From assembly GCF_964204645.1 (NCBI RefSeq), contig NC_134030.1, forward strand, positions 293,355 through 357,354: DNA of 64,000 nt, given 5' to 3'. Both the position numbers and the translations under genes were made by a program. Below the pieces are notes generated by a model. That model saw only the letters and a list, made by a program, of their open reading frames with translations. It was not told the origin of the DNA and made no database searches. Origin of the DNA: Tubulanus polymorphus. Lineage: Eukaryota; Animalia; Nemertea. Positions within the stretch are counted from its first letter, which is position 1, and each line of letters opens with the position of its first letter. Positions 12,032 through 25,200 of this stretch are shown here, one piece after another.

Positions 12032-13261
12032 TCAGATTTTGTTTCTTACAGATTTTATTTTACAACAAAAACAATCAGTAAATAATTTAATAAATTCTTT
12101 CCGGAAAACTTTCAATGTTCCAATGTAAATAAAGAAATTCACGCAGAAAACGAAATATCGTAACGTCCGCCGAAATTGGTCTAAACCATGCCATAAAGTT
12201 TTGAGAAAGAATCGATTATGATGATCTGTTAAACTGTTTGCAAAACCGGATATGAACATTGGATAATTTCTATAAAGCGAGTATCCAATAATGTACGAAA
12301 AGTTGAGGATGCAATTAACTGCAGCATACGGCAAAACAAATAAAATATACACAATAACTACAACTAGAAGAGTTTTACTGGCTGAAGATTGATGACGATC
12401 TGTTCTCTTCGCTCTCATCTCAGATCTCTTATTGCGTAATGAAGCAGTTAACACTGATAATATTACAATCATTAAAGATGGAAATATATCTTGTAAAAAT
12501 GTTTTTCCAGCTGCTATTGCTTGTGCCTGGGACCAATGCAAAGGAGGGATTGACTGTTCACACACAAAAGAATCAAAGTTTTCTTTAAATCTGCGATGTT
12601 TGTGGAGATTAACACGACTGCGCATGATTACTGAATCCAAGTTCATAAAATACGCCCAGAAGATGACGGAACCTACTGCAATTTTACGGCGAGTGACGGT
12701 GAAATGTTTCATGTGAAAGAAAGGAAAACGAATAGAAACAAATCTCTCGATAGCGATCACTATAACTATGTAGTTTGATACAGATATTGCCTGGCTATGA
12801 AATAGGTTTGAAAATATACACGTAGGAAACACTCGACTGGGCAGATAATAGAAATAGTAATAGAAATAGTAAAGTGATGGACATAGTTTACTGTGTTTAG
12901 CGAATGTCAGATACGCACCGCGACATTCTCTATGAAATCCTAGATGATGAACTACAAAGCTTTTCAAACGATGAGGGAATCTGATCAACTCAAACAGCAC
13001 GACAAGTTGATCTGAAAACGCGAGAGATATGAGATAAGGGAACGTGTAACGAACTGACTGATATCTGCGACACTTTATCAGTAAAATAATTGTCAGAAAG
13101 TTGAACACACTTAACGGTGGAATTAAGAAGACACATTTGAACATATCGTTATATCTGAGAATGAAGTTAGTAAATCTCTTGAAAGCTAAGATGTATCCCG
13201 GTGTCTTCACAGTGATGCGGTATATTCGAGTTGTGGTGACGATAGCGGTAAAATTGTCCAT
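12032..13261 (-). CDS. Intronless class A GPCR, array type C
   Basis: 7TM, same motifs; first ATG at 13261. Confidence 0.9.
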   Translation of the reverse strand: MDNFTAIVTTTRIYRITVKTPGYILAFKRFTNFILRYNDMFKCVFLIPPLSVFNFLTIILLIKCRRYQSVRYTFPYLISLAFSDQLVVLFELIRFPHRLKSFVVHHLGFHRECRGAYLTFAKHSKLCPSLYYFYYYFYYLPSRVFPTCIFSNLFHSQAISVSNYIVIVIAIERFVSIRFPFFHMKHFTVTRRKIAVGSVIFWAYFMNLDSVIMRSRVNLHKHRRFKENFDSFVCEQSIPPLHWSQAQAIAAGKTFLQDIFPSLMIVILSVLTASLRNKRSEMRAKRTDRHQSSASKTLLVVVIVYILFVLPYAAVNCILNFSYIIGYSLYRNYPMFISGFANSLTDHHNRFFLKTLWHGLDQFRRTLRYFVFCVNFFIYIGTLKVFRKEFIKLFTDCFCCKIKSVRNKI

Positions 13262-14573
13262 GACAAGAACAGAACAGTTTGACGCGACAATCAGTGTAGT
13301 GACTGCTTCCCTCACATTGTGGGTTACAGCCGCGGTACCACGATTTCAAAATACTTCCATCAAACTCCTGCTACAGAACACACTATAATCATTTGAAGAT
13401 TTTACACGCTCTGTTGAAATTACTACTCACACGATTCGCTCTGAGAGTTTACTAAAAATCCATCTGAAATAATCTAAGTTTCATATGAAAATTCGCAGCA
13501 GTTTTAGACTAGAGTTTATATACTGCCAACTGTAGAACCATAAAGTTTGAATTTCGTGAATACAGGTCTCTGTGGTAACATGCGAGGCGTGAAAACTAAT
13601 ATATACCAGTATTACATATACCAGCACTGATACACTTCAAGTTCCATTGAGACACAAGAGGCGAAATGCAACAAACAGCATTCGGAAAATTCACTTATTT
13701 CCGATTATGTATTTATTGATTCAACCTTCTGTACATAGACTACAGGGAGCAGTTTCACCAAATAGTTTAAGCCTAAATCAGTTAAGTTTGAATTGTTGTC
13801 CTCATTGAAAACATGAAGTAACCACTGGCGGCAATTACACCTAAAATTTGAGTTAAATTTGTTTGTGAAACTGGGCCCTGTAGGAAGTTACTGTCAGTAC
13901 TATCAGATCGATGAGACATATTTAACGACCATACGACATACATCGCGCCCGATCTACAATCATTACCCCCACCGTCCTTGAAGTGGTGCTTGTATACCAC
14001 AATGTTGATGGGATAGCAGGAGCTTCTGCGTCTCAACAAAAAACTCAACAATTCACTGTTATCTCTCTGTACATAAATGTTTATAACTTTACTTTCTTTG
14101 AACGAATTTGATTTTGTAAAAATGTTTTACAACGTATTTGAATGATTCAATTGCATCTTCTATCAAGGTATTTGATAGACTGGTTGCCTGTCTAATTTTG
14201 CAATCGGGGCCAAATTCAGTTCTCGTATCTAGTCGACTAGTGGTCGGAACTAATAACCGAATACCGACTGCACCGACTGACTGTATAACAATACATATGC
14301 TATTTGATTCCTTCAATACCAGCTATCCCGCCAGATGGCGTGACGAACTCTCGATCATGAATTGTCAAAACAAGTTCATTTTCATCGATATATCATCACA
14401 GGACTCGTCATCGTAACCAAATAAACAATCAATTCGTTTATCTAGTTTTCATTACCTTCGATATAAAATCTACAATATCAAAGTTGTGGCCTAAATTTGG
14501 AAATCCCTCGAGGAATAAAGTAAAGATTCGTGGGCCACAATCTAATCGCGGTTCTTGAAGGAACATTTATCCG

Positions 14574-15803
14574 TCAGATTTTGTTTCTTACAGATTTTAT
14601 TTTACAACAAAAACAATCAGTAAATAATTTAATAAATTCTTTCCGGAAAACTTTCAATGTTCCGATGTAAATAAAGAAATTCACGCAGAAAACGAAATAT
14701 CGAAACGTTCGCAGAAATTGGTCTAAACCAAACCATAAAGTATTGAGAAAGAATCGATTATGGTGATCTGTTAAACTGTATGCAAAACCGGATATCCACA
14801 TTGGATAATTTCTATAAAGCGAGTATCCAATAATGTACGTAAAGTTGAGGATGCAATTAACTGCAGCATACGGCCAAACAAATAAAATATACACAATAAC
14901 TACAACTAGAAGAGTTTTACTGGCTGAAGATTGATGACGATCTGTTCTCTTCGCTCTCATCTCAGATCTCTTATTGCGTAATGAAGCAGTTAACACTGAT
15001 AATATTACAATCATTAAAGATGGAAATATATCTTGTAAAAATGTTTTTACAGCTGATTTCACTGCTGCCTGGGAATAATGCAAAGGAGGGATTGACGTTT
15101 GACACACAAAAGAGTCGTATGTTTCGTTGTATCTATGAATTTTAACGAATTTAACACGACTGCGCATGATCGCTGAATCCAAGTTCATAAAATACGCCCA
15201 GAAGATGACAAAACCTACTGCAATTTTACGGCGAGTGACGGTGAAATGTTTCATGTGAAAGAAAGGAAAACGAATAGAAACAAATCTCTCGATAGCGATC
15301 ACTATAACTGTGTAGTTTGATACAGATATTGCCTGGTTATTAAATAGGTTTGAAAATATACACGAAGGAAACACTCGACTGGGCAGATAGCTGAAATAGT
15401 AATAGAAATAGTAAAGTGATGGACATAGTTTACTGTGTTTAGCGAATGTCATATAACCACTGAGACATTCTCTATAAAATCCTAGACGAACTACAAACTG
15501 TCTCAAAATAAAAGGGAATTTCTGTAACTCAAACAAGACGAAAATTTGATCTGAAAACGCGAGAGTTATGAGATAAGGAAACGTGTAACGAACTGACTGA
15601 TAACTGCGACACTTTATCAGTAAAATTATTGTCAGAAAGTTGAACACACTTAACGGTGGAATTAAGAAGAGACTTTTGAACGTCTCGTTATATCTGAGAA
15701 TGAAGTTAGTAAATCTACTGAAAGCTATGATATAATCCGGTGTCTTCACAGGAATCCAGTATATTCTACGAGTTGTGGTGACGATAGCGGTAAAATTATC
15801 CAT
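14574..15803 (-). CDS. Intronless class A GPCR, mosaic C/B type
   Basis: 7TM, same motifs; first ATG at 15803; the start of ECL2 matches type B. Confidence 0.9.
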   Translation of the reverse strand: MDNFTAIVTTTRRIYWIPVKTPDYIIAFSRFTNFILRYNETFKSLFLIPPLSVFNFLTIILLIKCRSYQSVRYTFPYLITLAFSDQIFVLFELQKFPFILRQFVVRLGFYRECLSGYMTFAKHSKLCPSLYYFYYYFSYLPSRVFPSCIFSNLFNNQAISVSNYTVIVIAIERFVSIRFPFFHMKHFTVTRRKIAVGFVIFWAYFMNLDSAIMRSRVKFVKIHRYNETYDSFVCQTSIPPLHYSQAAVKSAVKTFLQDIFPSLMIVILSVLTASLRNKRSEMRAKRTDRHQSSASKTLLVVVIVYILFVWPYAAVNCILNFTYIIGYSLYRNYPMWISGFAYSLTDHHNRFFLNTLWFGLDQFLRTFRYFVFCVNFFIYIGTLKVFRKEFIKLFTDCFCCKIKSVRNKI

Positions 15804-17107
15804 GACAAGAACAGAACAGTTTGACGCGACAATCAGTGTAGTGACTGCGTCCCTCACATTGTGGGTTACAGCCGCGGTACCACGATTTCAAAATACTTCC
15901 ATCAAACTCCTCCTACAGAACACACTATAATCATCTGAAGATTTCACACGCTCTGTTGAAATTACTACTCACAAGATTCGCTCTGAGAGTTTACTAAAAA
16001 TCCATCTGAAATAATCTAAGTTTCATATGAAAATTCGCAGCAGTTTTAGACTAGAGTTTATATACAGACAACTGTAGAACCATAAAGTTTGAATTTCGTG
16101 AATACAGGTCTCTGTGGTAACATGTGAGGCGTGAAAACTAATATATACCAGTATTACATATACCAGCACTGATACACTTCAAGTTCCATTGAGACACAAG
16201 AGGCGAAATGCAACAAACAGCATTTGGAAAATTTACTTATTTCCGATTATGTATTTATTGATTCAACCTTCTGTACATAGACAACAGGGAGCAGTTTCAC
16301 CAAATAGTTTAAGCCTAAATCAGTTAAGTTTGAATTGTTGTCTTCATTGAAAACATGAAGTAACCAATAGCGATTAAACCAAAAATTTGAGTTTAACTTG
16401 TTTGTGAAACTGGGCCCTGTAGGAAGTTACTGTCAGTACTATCAGATCGATGAGACATATTTAACGACCATACGACATACATCGCGCCCGATCTACAATC
16501 ATTACCCCCACCGTCCTTGAAGTGATGCTTGTATACCACAATGCTGATGGGATAGCAGGAGTTTCTGCGTCTCAACAAAAAACTCAACAATTCACTGTTC
16601 TCTGTACATAAATGTTTATAACTTTACTTTCTTTGAACGAATTTGTTTTGTAAAAATGTTTTACAACGTATTTGAATGATTCAATTGCATCTTCTATCAA
16701 GGTATTTGATAGACTGGTTGCCTGTCTAATTTTGCAATCGGGGCCAAATTCAGTTCTCGTATCTAGTCGACTAGTGGTCGGAACTAATAACCGAATACCG
16801 ACTGCACCGACTGACTGTATAACAATACATATGCTATTTGATTCCTTCAATACCAGCTATCCCGCCAGATGGCGTGACGAACTCTCGATCATGAATTGTC
16901 AAAACAAGTTCATTTTCATCGATATATCATCACAGGACTCGTCATCGTAACCAAATAAACAATCAATTCGTTTATCTAGTTTTCATTACCTTCGATATAA
17001 AATCTACAATATCAAAGTTGTGGCCTAAATTTGGAAATCCCTCGAGGAATAAAGTAAAGATTCGTGGGCCACAATCTAATCGCGGTTCTTGAAGGAACAT
17101 TTATCCG

Positions 17108-18337
17108 TCAGATTTTGTTTCTTACAGATTTTATTTTACAACAAAAACAATCAGTAAATAATTTAATAAATTCTTTCCGGAAAACTTTCAATGTTCCAAT
17201 GTAAATAAAGAAATTCACGCAGAAAACGAAATATCGTAACGTCCGCAGAAATTGGTCTAAACCATGCCATAAAGTTTTGAGAAAGAATCGATTATGATGA
17301 TCTGTTAAACTGTTTGCAAAACCGGATATGAACATTGGATAATTTCTATAAAGCGAGTATCCAATAATGTACGAAAAGTTGAGGATGCATTTAACTGCAG
17401 CATACGGCAAAACAAATAAAATATACACAATAACTACAACTAGAAGAGTTTTACTGGCTGAAGATTGATGACGATCTGTTCTCTTCGCTCTCATCTCAGA
17501 TCTCTTATTGCGTAATGAAGCAGTTAACACTGATAATATTACAATCATTAAAGATGGAAATATATCTTGTAAAAATGTTTTTCCAGCTGCTATTGCTTGT
17601 GCCTGGGACCAATGCAAAGGAGGGATTGACTGTTCACACACAAAAGAATCAAAGTTTTCTTTAAATCTGCGATGTTTGTGGAGATTAACACGACTGCGCA
17701 TGATTACTGAATCCAAGTTCATAAAATACGCCCAGAAGATGACGGAACCTACTGCAATTTTACGGCGAGTGACGGTGAAATGTTTCATGTGAAAGAAAGG
17801 AAAACGAATAGAAACAAATCTCTCGATAGCGATCACTATAACTATGTAGTTTGATACAGATATTGCCTGGCTATGAAATAGGTTTGAAAATATACACGTA
17901 GGAAACACTCGACTGGGCAGATAATAGAAATAGTAATAGAAATAGTAAAGTGATGGACATAGTTTACTGTGTTTAGCGAATGTCAGATACGCACCGCGAC
18001 ATTCTCTATGAAATCCTAGATGATGAACTACAAAGCTTTTCAAACGATGAGGGAATCTGATCAACTCAAACAGCACGACAAGTTGATCTGAAAACGCGAG
18101 AGATATGAGATAAGGGAACGTGTAACGAACTGACTGATATCTGCGACACTTTATCAGTAAAATAATTGTCAGAAAGTTGAACACACTTAACGGTGGAATT
18201 AAGAAGACACATTTGAACATATCGTTATATCTGAGAATGAAGTTAGTAAATCTCTTGAAAGCTAAGATGTATCCCGGTGTCTTCACAGTGATGCGGTATA
18301 TTCGAGTTGTGGTGACGATAGCGGTAAAATTGTCCAT
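17108..18337 (-). CDS. Intronless class A GPCR, array type C (near-identical to the 12032 copy)
   Basis: Differs from the 12032 protein at two residues that I can see (N>K, R>L). Confidence 0.9.
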   Translation of the reverse strand: MDNFTAIVTTTRIYRITVKTPGYILAFKRFTNFILRYNDMFKCVFLIPPLSVFNFLTIILLIKCRRYQSVRYTFPYLISLAFSDQLVVLFELIRFPHRLKSFVVHHLGFHRECRGAYLTFAKHSKLCPSLYYFYYYFYYLPSRVFPTCIFSNLFHSQAISVSNYIVIVIAIERFVSIRFPFFHMKHFTVTRRKIAVGSVIFWAYFMNLDSVIMRSRVNLHKHRRFKENFDSFVCEQSIPPLHWSQAQAIAAGKTFLQDIFPSLMIVILSVLTASLRNKRSEMRAKRTDRHQSSASKTLLVVVIVYILFVLPYAAVKCILNFSYIIGYSLYRNYPMFISGFANSLTDHHNRFFLKTLWHGLDQFLRTLRYFVFCVNFFIYIGTLKVFRKEFIKLFTDCFCCKIKSVRNKI

Positions 18338-19787
18338 GACAAGAACAGAACAGTTTGACGCGACAATCAGTGTAGTGACTGCTTCCCTCACATTGTGGGT
18401 TACAGCCGCGGTACCACGATTTCAAAATACTTCCATCAAACTCCTGCTACAGAACACACTATAATCATTTGAAGATTTCACACGCTCTGTTGAAATTACT
18501 ACTCACACGATTCGCTCTGAGAGTTTACTAAAAATCCATCTGAAATAATCTAAGTTTCATATGAAAATTCGCAGCAGTTTTAGACTAGAGTTTATATACA
18601 GACAACTGTAGAACCACAAAGTTTGAATTTCGTGAATACAGGTCTCTGTGGTAACATGCGAGGCGTGAAAACTAATATATACCAGTATTACATATACCAG
18701 CACTGATATACTTCAAGTTCCATTGAGACACAAGAGGCGAAATGCAACAAACAGCATTTGGAAAATTTACTTATTTCCGATTATGTATTTTTTGATTCAA
18801 CCTTCTGTACATAGACTACAGGAAGCAGTTTCACCAAATAGTTTAAGCCTAAATCGGTTAAGTTTGAATTGTTGTCTTCATTGAAAACATGAAGTAACCA
18901 ATGGCGATTACTCCAAAAATTTTAGTTAAACTTATTCGTGAAACTGGGCCCTGTAGGAAGTTACTGTCAGTACTATCAGATCGATGAGACATATTTAACG
19001 ACCATACGACATACATCGCGCCCGATCTACAATCGTTACCCCCACCGTCCTTGAAGTGATGCTTGTATACCACAATGCTGATGGGATAGCAGGAGTTTCT
19101 GCGTCTCAGCAAAAAACTCAACAATTCACTGTTATCTCTCTGTACATAAATGTTTATAACTTTACTTTCTTTGAACGAATTTGTTTTGTAAAACTGTTAT
19201 ACAACGTATTTGAATGATTCAATTGCACACCCCAAGCGCCCCAGCCCCTTACACCCCACCCCTTACACCCCCAGAGTCGAATACGAACTGTGTCTCTGTG
19301 GACTGGGCATTTACTGAGTATTTACTATAAATACAATTTCCTTGTTCTCCTGCAGAATATGACTTAAGGCCGAGACCGACGTTTTTGGTTGGGCCAAACA
19401 GGCTCGGGCCCATTCGGCACCTGTCTGAACAGGGCCAAATTTGGCACGGACCAAAAATGCTCTCGTGTGATCGGGGCTATGGGTGGAAATCATACACGGA
19501 TAGTGATTTCTGTTAGTGGAATCGGTGGAGTATTTATATCAGGGAAATGACGTCACAGCTTGGCTCCTTACGGCTATTGTTGGAATTAACATTTGTGGAG
19601 ATTAAATCACCTACATAAACATTAATTCTATTTATAGTTTCGAAAGCATTGAATTTCCGTAGAAATTAATGGACTACAATTTAATCCAACTTTAAAGGAG
19701 TCACGTGGAGTGATCAATATTTCAGTCCCCTGTATAAATAGTTCACTGATGAAATCCAGGTTCAGGAATTTCGAAAATGAAAATGAA

Positions 19788-21059
19788 TCACACAGATTCG
19801 GGTTCTTTGGCGTTTATACGACAGATTATGTTCCCTATTTTACAACAAAAACAATCAGTAAATAGTTTGATAAATTCTTTCCGGAAAACTTTCAATGTTC
19901 CGATGTAAATAAAGAAATTCATGCAGAAAACGAAATGTCGAAACGTTCGCAGGAAAATGTCTAAACCATACCATAAAATTTTGAGAAAGAATCGATTATG
20001 ATGATCTGTTAAACTGTTTGTAAAACTGTTTGTTAAATAGGATAGCATCCACATTGCATAATTTCTATAAAGCGAGTATCCAATGACGTGCGCTAAGTTT
20101 TGGATACAATTACATGCTGCGTGCGGCAAAACTAGTAAAATATACACAATAACTACAACAAGAAGAGTTTTACTGGCTGAAGATTGATGACGATCTGTTC
20201 TCTTCGCTCTCATCTCAGATTTCTTATTGCGTAATGAAGCAGTTAACACTGATAATATTACAATCATTAAAGATGGAAATATATCTTGTAAAAATGTTTT
20301 TACAGCGTCTATTGCTTGTATCAGGGACCCATTGGAAATATAGATTGACTGTTCACACACAAAAGAATCAAAGATTTCTTTATATCTGCGATGTTTGTGG
20401 AGATTAACACGACTGCGCATGATTACTGAATCCAAGTTCATAAAATACGCCCAGAAGATGACAAAAACTACTGCAATTTTACGGCGAGTGACGGTGAAAT
20501 GTTTCATGTGAAAGAAAGGAAAACGAATAGAAACAAATCTCTCGATAGCGATCACTATAACTGTGTAGTTTGATACAGATATTGCCTGGTTATAAAATAG
20601 GTTTGAAAATATACACGCAGGAAACACTCGTCTGGGCAGATAATAGAAATAGTAATTGAAATAGTAAAGTGATGGACATAGTTTACTGTGTTTAGCGAAT
20701 GTCAGATAAACACTGCGACATTCTCTATAAAATCCTAGATTATTAACTACAAACATGTTCAAATAATTGGGGAATTTTTCCAATTCAAACAAGACGACAA
20801 GTTGATCTGAAAACGCGAGAGTTATCAGATAAGGGAACGTGTAACGAACTGACTGATAACTGCGACATTTTATCAGTAAAATTATGGTCAGAAAGTTGAA
20901 CACACTTCCCGGTGGAAACAAGAAGACACATCTGAATATATCGTTATATCTGATCATGAAGTTAGTAAATCTTCTGAAAGCTATGATATAATCCGGTGTC
21001 TTCACAGTGGTCCAGTGTATTCTACGAGTTGTGGTGGCTATAGCGGTGAAATTATCCAT
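19788..21059 (-). CDS. Intronless class A GPCR, array type A (near-identical to the 103 copy)
   Basis: 7TM; same C-terminus INAKEPESV as the 103 copy. Confidence 0.9.
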   Translation of the reverse strand: MDNFTAIATTTRRIHWTTVKTPDYIIAFRRFTNFMIRYNDIFRCVFLFPPGSVFNFLTIILLIKCRSYQSVRYTFPYLITLAFSDQLVVLFELEKFPNYLNMFVVNNLGFYRECRSVYLTFAKHSKLCPSLYYFNYYFYYLPRRVFPACIFSNLFYNQAISVSNYTVIVIAIERFVSIRFPFFHMKHFTVTRRKIAVVFVIFWAYFMNLDSVIMRSRVNLHKHRRYKEIFDSFVCEQSIYISNGSLIQAIDAVKTFLQDIFPSLMIVILSVLTASLRNKKSEMRAKRTDRHQSSASKTLLVVVIVYILLVLPHAACNCIQNLAHVIGYSLYRNYAMWMLSYLTNSFTNSLTDHHNRFFLKILWYGLDIFLRTFRHFVFCMNFFIYIGTLKVFRKEFIKLFTDCFCCKIGNIICRINAKEPESV

Positions 21060-22259
21060 GACAAGAACAGAACTGTTTGACGCGACAATCTGTGTGTAGT
21101 TAGCGACTTCCCTCAAATTATAGGTTCAGCGGTACCACAATTTCAAAATACTCCCATCAAACTCCTGCTACAGAACACACTATAATCATCTAAACATTTC
21201 ACACGCTCTGTTGAAATTACTACTCACACGATTCGCTCTGAGAGTTTACTAAAAATCCATCTGAAATAATCTAAGTTTCATATGAAAATTCGCAGCAGTT
21301 TTAGACTAGAGTTTATATACTGCCAACTGTAGAACCATAAAGTTTGAATTTCGTAAATACAGGTCTCTGTGGTAACACGCGAGGTGTAAAAACTAATATA
21401 TACTAGTATTACATATACCAGCACTGATATACTTCCAGTTCCATTGAGACACAAGAGGCGAAATGCAACAAACAGCATTTGGAAAATTCACTTATTTCCG
21501 ATTATGTTTTTATTGATTCAACCTTCTGTACATAGACTACAGGAAGCAGTTTCACCAAATAGTTTAAGCCTAAATCAGTTAAGTTTGAATTGTTGTCTTC
21601 ATTGAAAACATGAAGTAACCAATGGGGGCAATTACACCTAAAATTTGAGTTAAACTTGTTTGTGAAACTGGGCCCTGCAGGAAGTTACTGTCAGTACTAT
21701 TAGATCGATGAGACATATTTAACGACCATACGACATACATCGCGCCCGATCTACAATCGTTACCCCCACCTTCCTTGAAGTGGTGCTTGTATACCACAAT
21801 GCTGATGGGATAGCAGGAGTTTCTGCGTCTCAACAAAAAACTCAACAATTCACTGTTATCTCTCTGTACATAAATGTTTATAACTTTATTGTCATAGAAC
21901 GAATTTTTTTTGTAAAAATGTTTTACAACGCATTTAAATGATTCAATTGCATCTCCGCAATGACTAGATTTTACACCCCCAGCGCCCCCCCCCCCACTTA
22001 GAGCCGAATTCAAACTGTGTATCTGGGGACTGAGTGTTTACTAAAATTACCACTTCCCCGTTCTCCTCAATATGACTTAAGTTAACCCCCCCCCCCTCGC
22101 CCAAAACACACTCTATACCCCCCCCTCGCCCAAAACACATTCTACAGCTCCACAGTTAGGTCCACATCTGGACCGAAGAAATGTCACCGTTTTTTTAAAC
22201 GCATTCGATGTTGCTGCGGTCTCTTTCCAAATCACCACAGCCCGGTACTCTCAGTTCGT

Positions 22260-25200
22260 CTACGTTTGTAAATTGATAGCGAATGGTGAGTTACACGTAG
22301 TGCCGGTAGGGGGCGATAGTAAGCCTGGGAAAGCATTCATACCCCAGTACGGATGACCCCATAATCCCTGCCGTTGCGCCATCTTTAGTCGAGCAGTCAC
22401 TTGTTTCTTCCATTTAGTTCTAGAAATATTGACAACAATACCACACGTTAATGGAGGAAATAATTATTCATGAAATTTGCATATCGATTATATGGGCATC
22501 TAATTTTCGCTTAGTTTGTGGGATTCATTTTTCGCGGTGATTTTTATGCTTACCTTCTATTTTGGAACCAGGTTTTGATTTGTGTTTCGGTCAAACTTAA
22601 ACTCTGCGACAATTCCATTCTTTTACTTACACTTAGATACTTATCTTGCTGTAAAATAGATATTAAGAAATTTTCATTTTCAAAATGGAATTAATTCATT
22701 GATCCCCAAAATATGAAAAATGCAGGATCCAGTTCCACAGTTGTGAATTAGAGTTAACTCTGAACTCAGGATCCTGTTCCACAGTTGTGAGTTAGAGTTA
22801 ACTGTGAACTCAGGATCCAGTTCAACAGTTGTGAGTTAGAGTTAACTGTGAACTCAGGATCCAGTTCAACAGTTGTGAGTTAGAGTTAACTGTGAACTCA
22901 GGATCCAGTTCCACAGTTGTGAGTTAGAGTTAACTGTGAACTCAGGATCCAGTTCCACAGTTGTGAGTTAGAGTTAACTGTGAACTCAGGATCCAGTTCC
23001 ACAGTTGTGAGTTAGAGTTAACTGTGAACTCAGGATTCAGTTCAACAGTTGTGAGTTAGAATTAACTGTGAACTCAGGATCCAGTTCCACAGTTGTGAGT
23101 TAGAGTTAACTGTGAACTCAGGATCCAGTTCCACAGTTGTGAGTTAGAGTTAACTGTGAACTCAGGATCCAGTTCCACAGTTGTGAGTTAGAGTTAACTG
23201 CGAACTCAGGATCCAGTTCCACAGTTGTGAGTTAGAGAAACGGATTATGAATTGTTTTTTTTTAAAGTATGAATCTAGTAAAAATTGTCTGGGGTAAAAT
23301 CGATAATATCGATTACCTTGAATTCTGATTCGAGTCGTTCTAGTTGTTTAGAGGAGTACGCCTGTCTCGGTTTCCTGTCGATACCAGGTTTACGGGCTCG
23401 CCGACCGACATTCTTCGGCGCTGAAATTCAAAACGGAGAAAGTTACATTCGTTTACTGATTTAAAAGACCCCTCTCCATTCTCCTCAATAAAATTCAAAT
23501 TCGTTTCATTTATTCATCATTTATCAAATATACTAGATTGTAAAAGTGAATAGTGTATCAACAATAAAACAATTAAACAAAAAAAAGCAATGTTAAAGTG
23601 ATATATTCATACGTAGGATATTCTCAATTATGATTCGATGATTTAACTAGAAACATGATAACGCATACGAGGTATCAATGTATTTAAACATTATTGTAAC
23701 GTTTTTTAGGTTGTAAAAGAAAAATTAATTAGACGCAAAATGAAACTCAAATTCAAACCATGTGCTTAGATATTCGCCCCTACCGCCCTCAACAACGAAC
23801 CCGGAACAAAAACTGATGTTATCTGAAATTGATGGCGTTAACATAAGAGAGTAGATTCTCCACATCTAACAGCGAGTGACAATACAGAGAGAGTGGGCGT
23901 GTCGGTGTAGTTACAGTGACACGTCAATCATCGTCCATTAAGTGACGAATGGCTGATAATGGCATGAAATGGGTTTTAAAGATTTCTGCCGGACAGTTTA
24001 AATTACCTGACGACCAACAGACGACATTATTATACTAGAAATCCATAACAACACGGCGGGCACTTGTTCCCATGGTTCAATGCGCCTTTAACTATCTTAA
24101 CACGCTTCACTTAACACCGCGTCATCACGTGACCCGTCTCTCTTCATCATCCGCTTAGCTTGGCTGTAGCCAATCTAACAACTTAAGACCAGTCTAAGCT
24201 CATTTTGGTTCTGTAACCAATCTAACAACTTACGACCAATCTAACAACTTACGACCAGTCTAAGCTCATTTTGGTTCTATAACCGATCTAACAACTTGAG
24301 ACCAGTCTAAGCTCATTTTGGTTCTGTAACCAATCTAACAACTTACGACCAATCTAACAACTTACGACCAGTCTAAGCTCATTTTGGTTCTATAACCGAT
24401 CTAACAACTTGAGACCAGTCTGAGCTCATTTTGGTTCTATAACCGATCTAACAACTTAAGACCAGTCTAAGCTCATTTTGGTTCTGTAACCAATCTAACA
24501 ACTTAAGACCAGTCTAAACTCATTTTAGTTCTATAACCAATCTAACAACTTAAGACCAGTCTAAGCTCATTTTAGTTCTATAACCAATCTAACAACTTAA
24601 GACCAGTCTAAGGTCATTTTAGTTCTATAACCAATCTAACAACTTAAGACCAGTCTAAGCTCATTTTAGTTCTATAACCAATCTAACAACTTAAGACCAG
24701 TCTAAGCTCATTTTAGTTCTATAACCAATCTAACAACTTAAGACCAGTCTAAGCTCATTCTAGTTCTATAACCAATCTAACAACTTAAGACCAGTCTAAA
24801 CTCATTTTAGTTCTATAACCAATCTAACAACTTAAGACCAGTCTAAACTCTTTTTGGAATAATGTTTCAGTTTTTCTAAGGATTGCTGGTTGTAATTGTA
24901 CTTACAGTCATATATTATAACTCAAATATCTCAGAATCTGGAGTGGATGTATTCACCATGAGTGGAATATGAGTGGAAGAGTGGAATGTAATAGAAACCT
25001 TCACGAGGAGCAAATATCGAGTTAGAAACTATTGGCAAATAAAACGGTTTTGTTTAAAATCGATGCTGTTTTTAATTCTATCCGGTTTATTGTGTCTTTG
25101 ATACCGAAATTAAACTGTTTCACGGACTGTGGAGACATTTCCCGTTAATAAAGTCGTGATGTGTCTTGATTAAATTCAATTTGATCTGTGAGTTTTTAAA

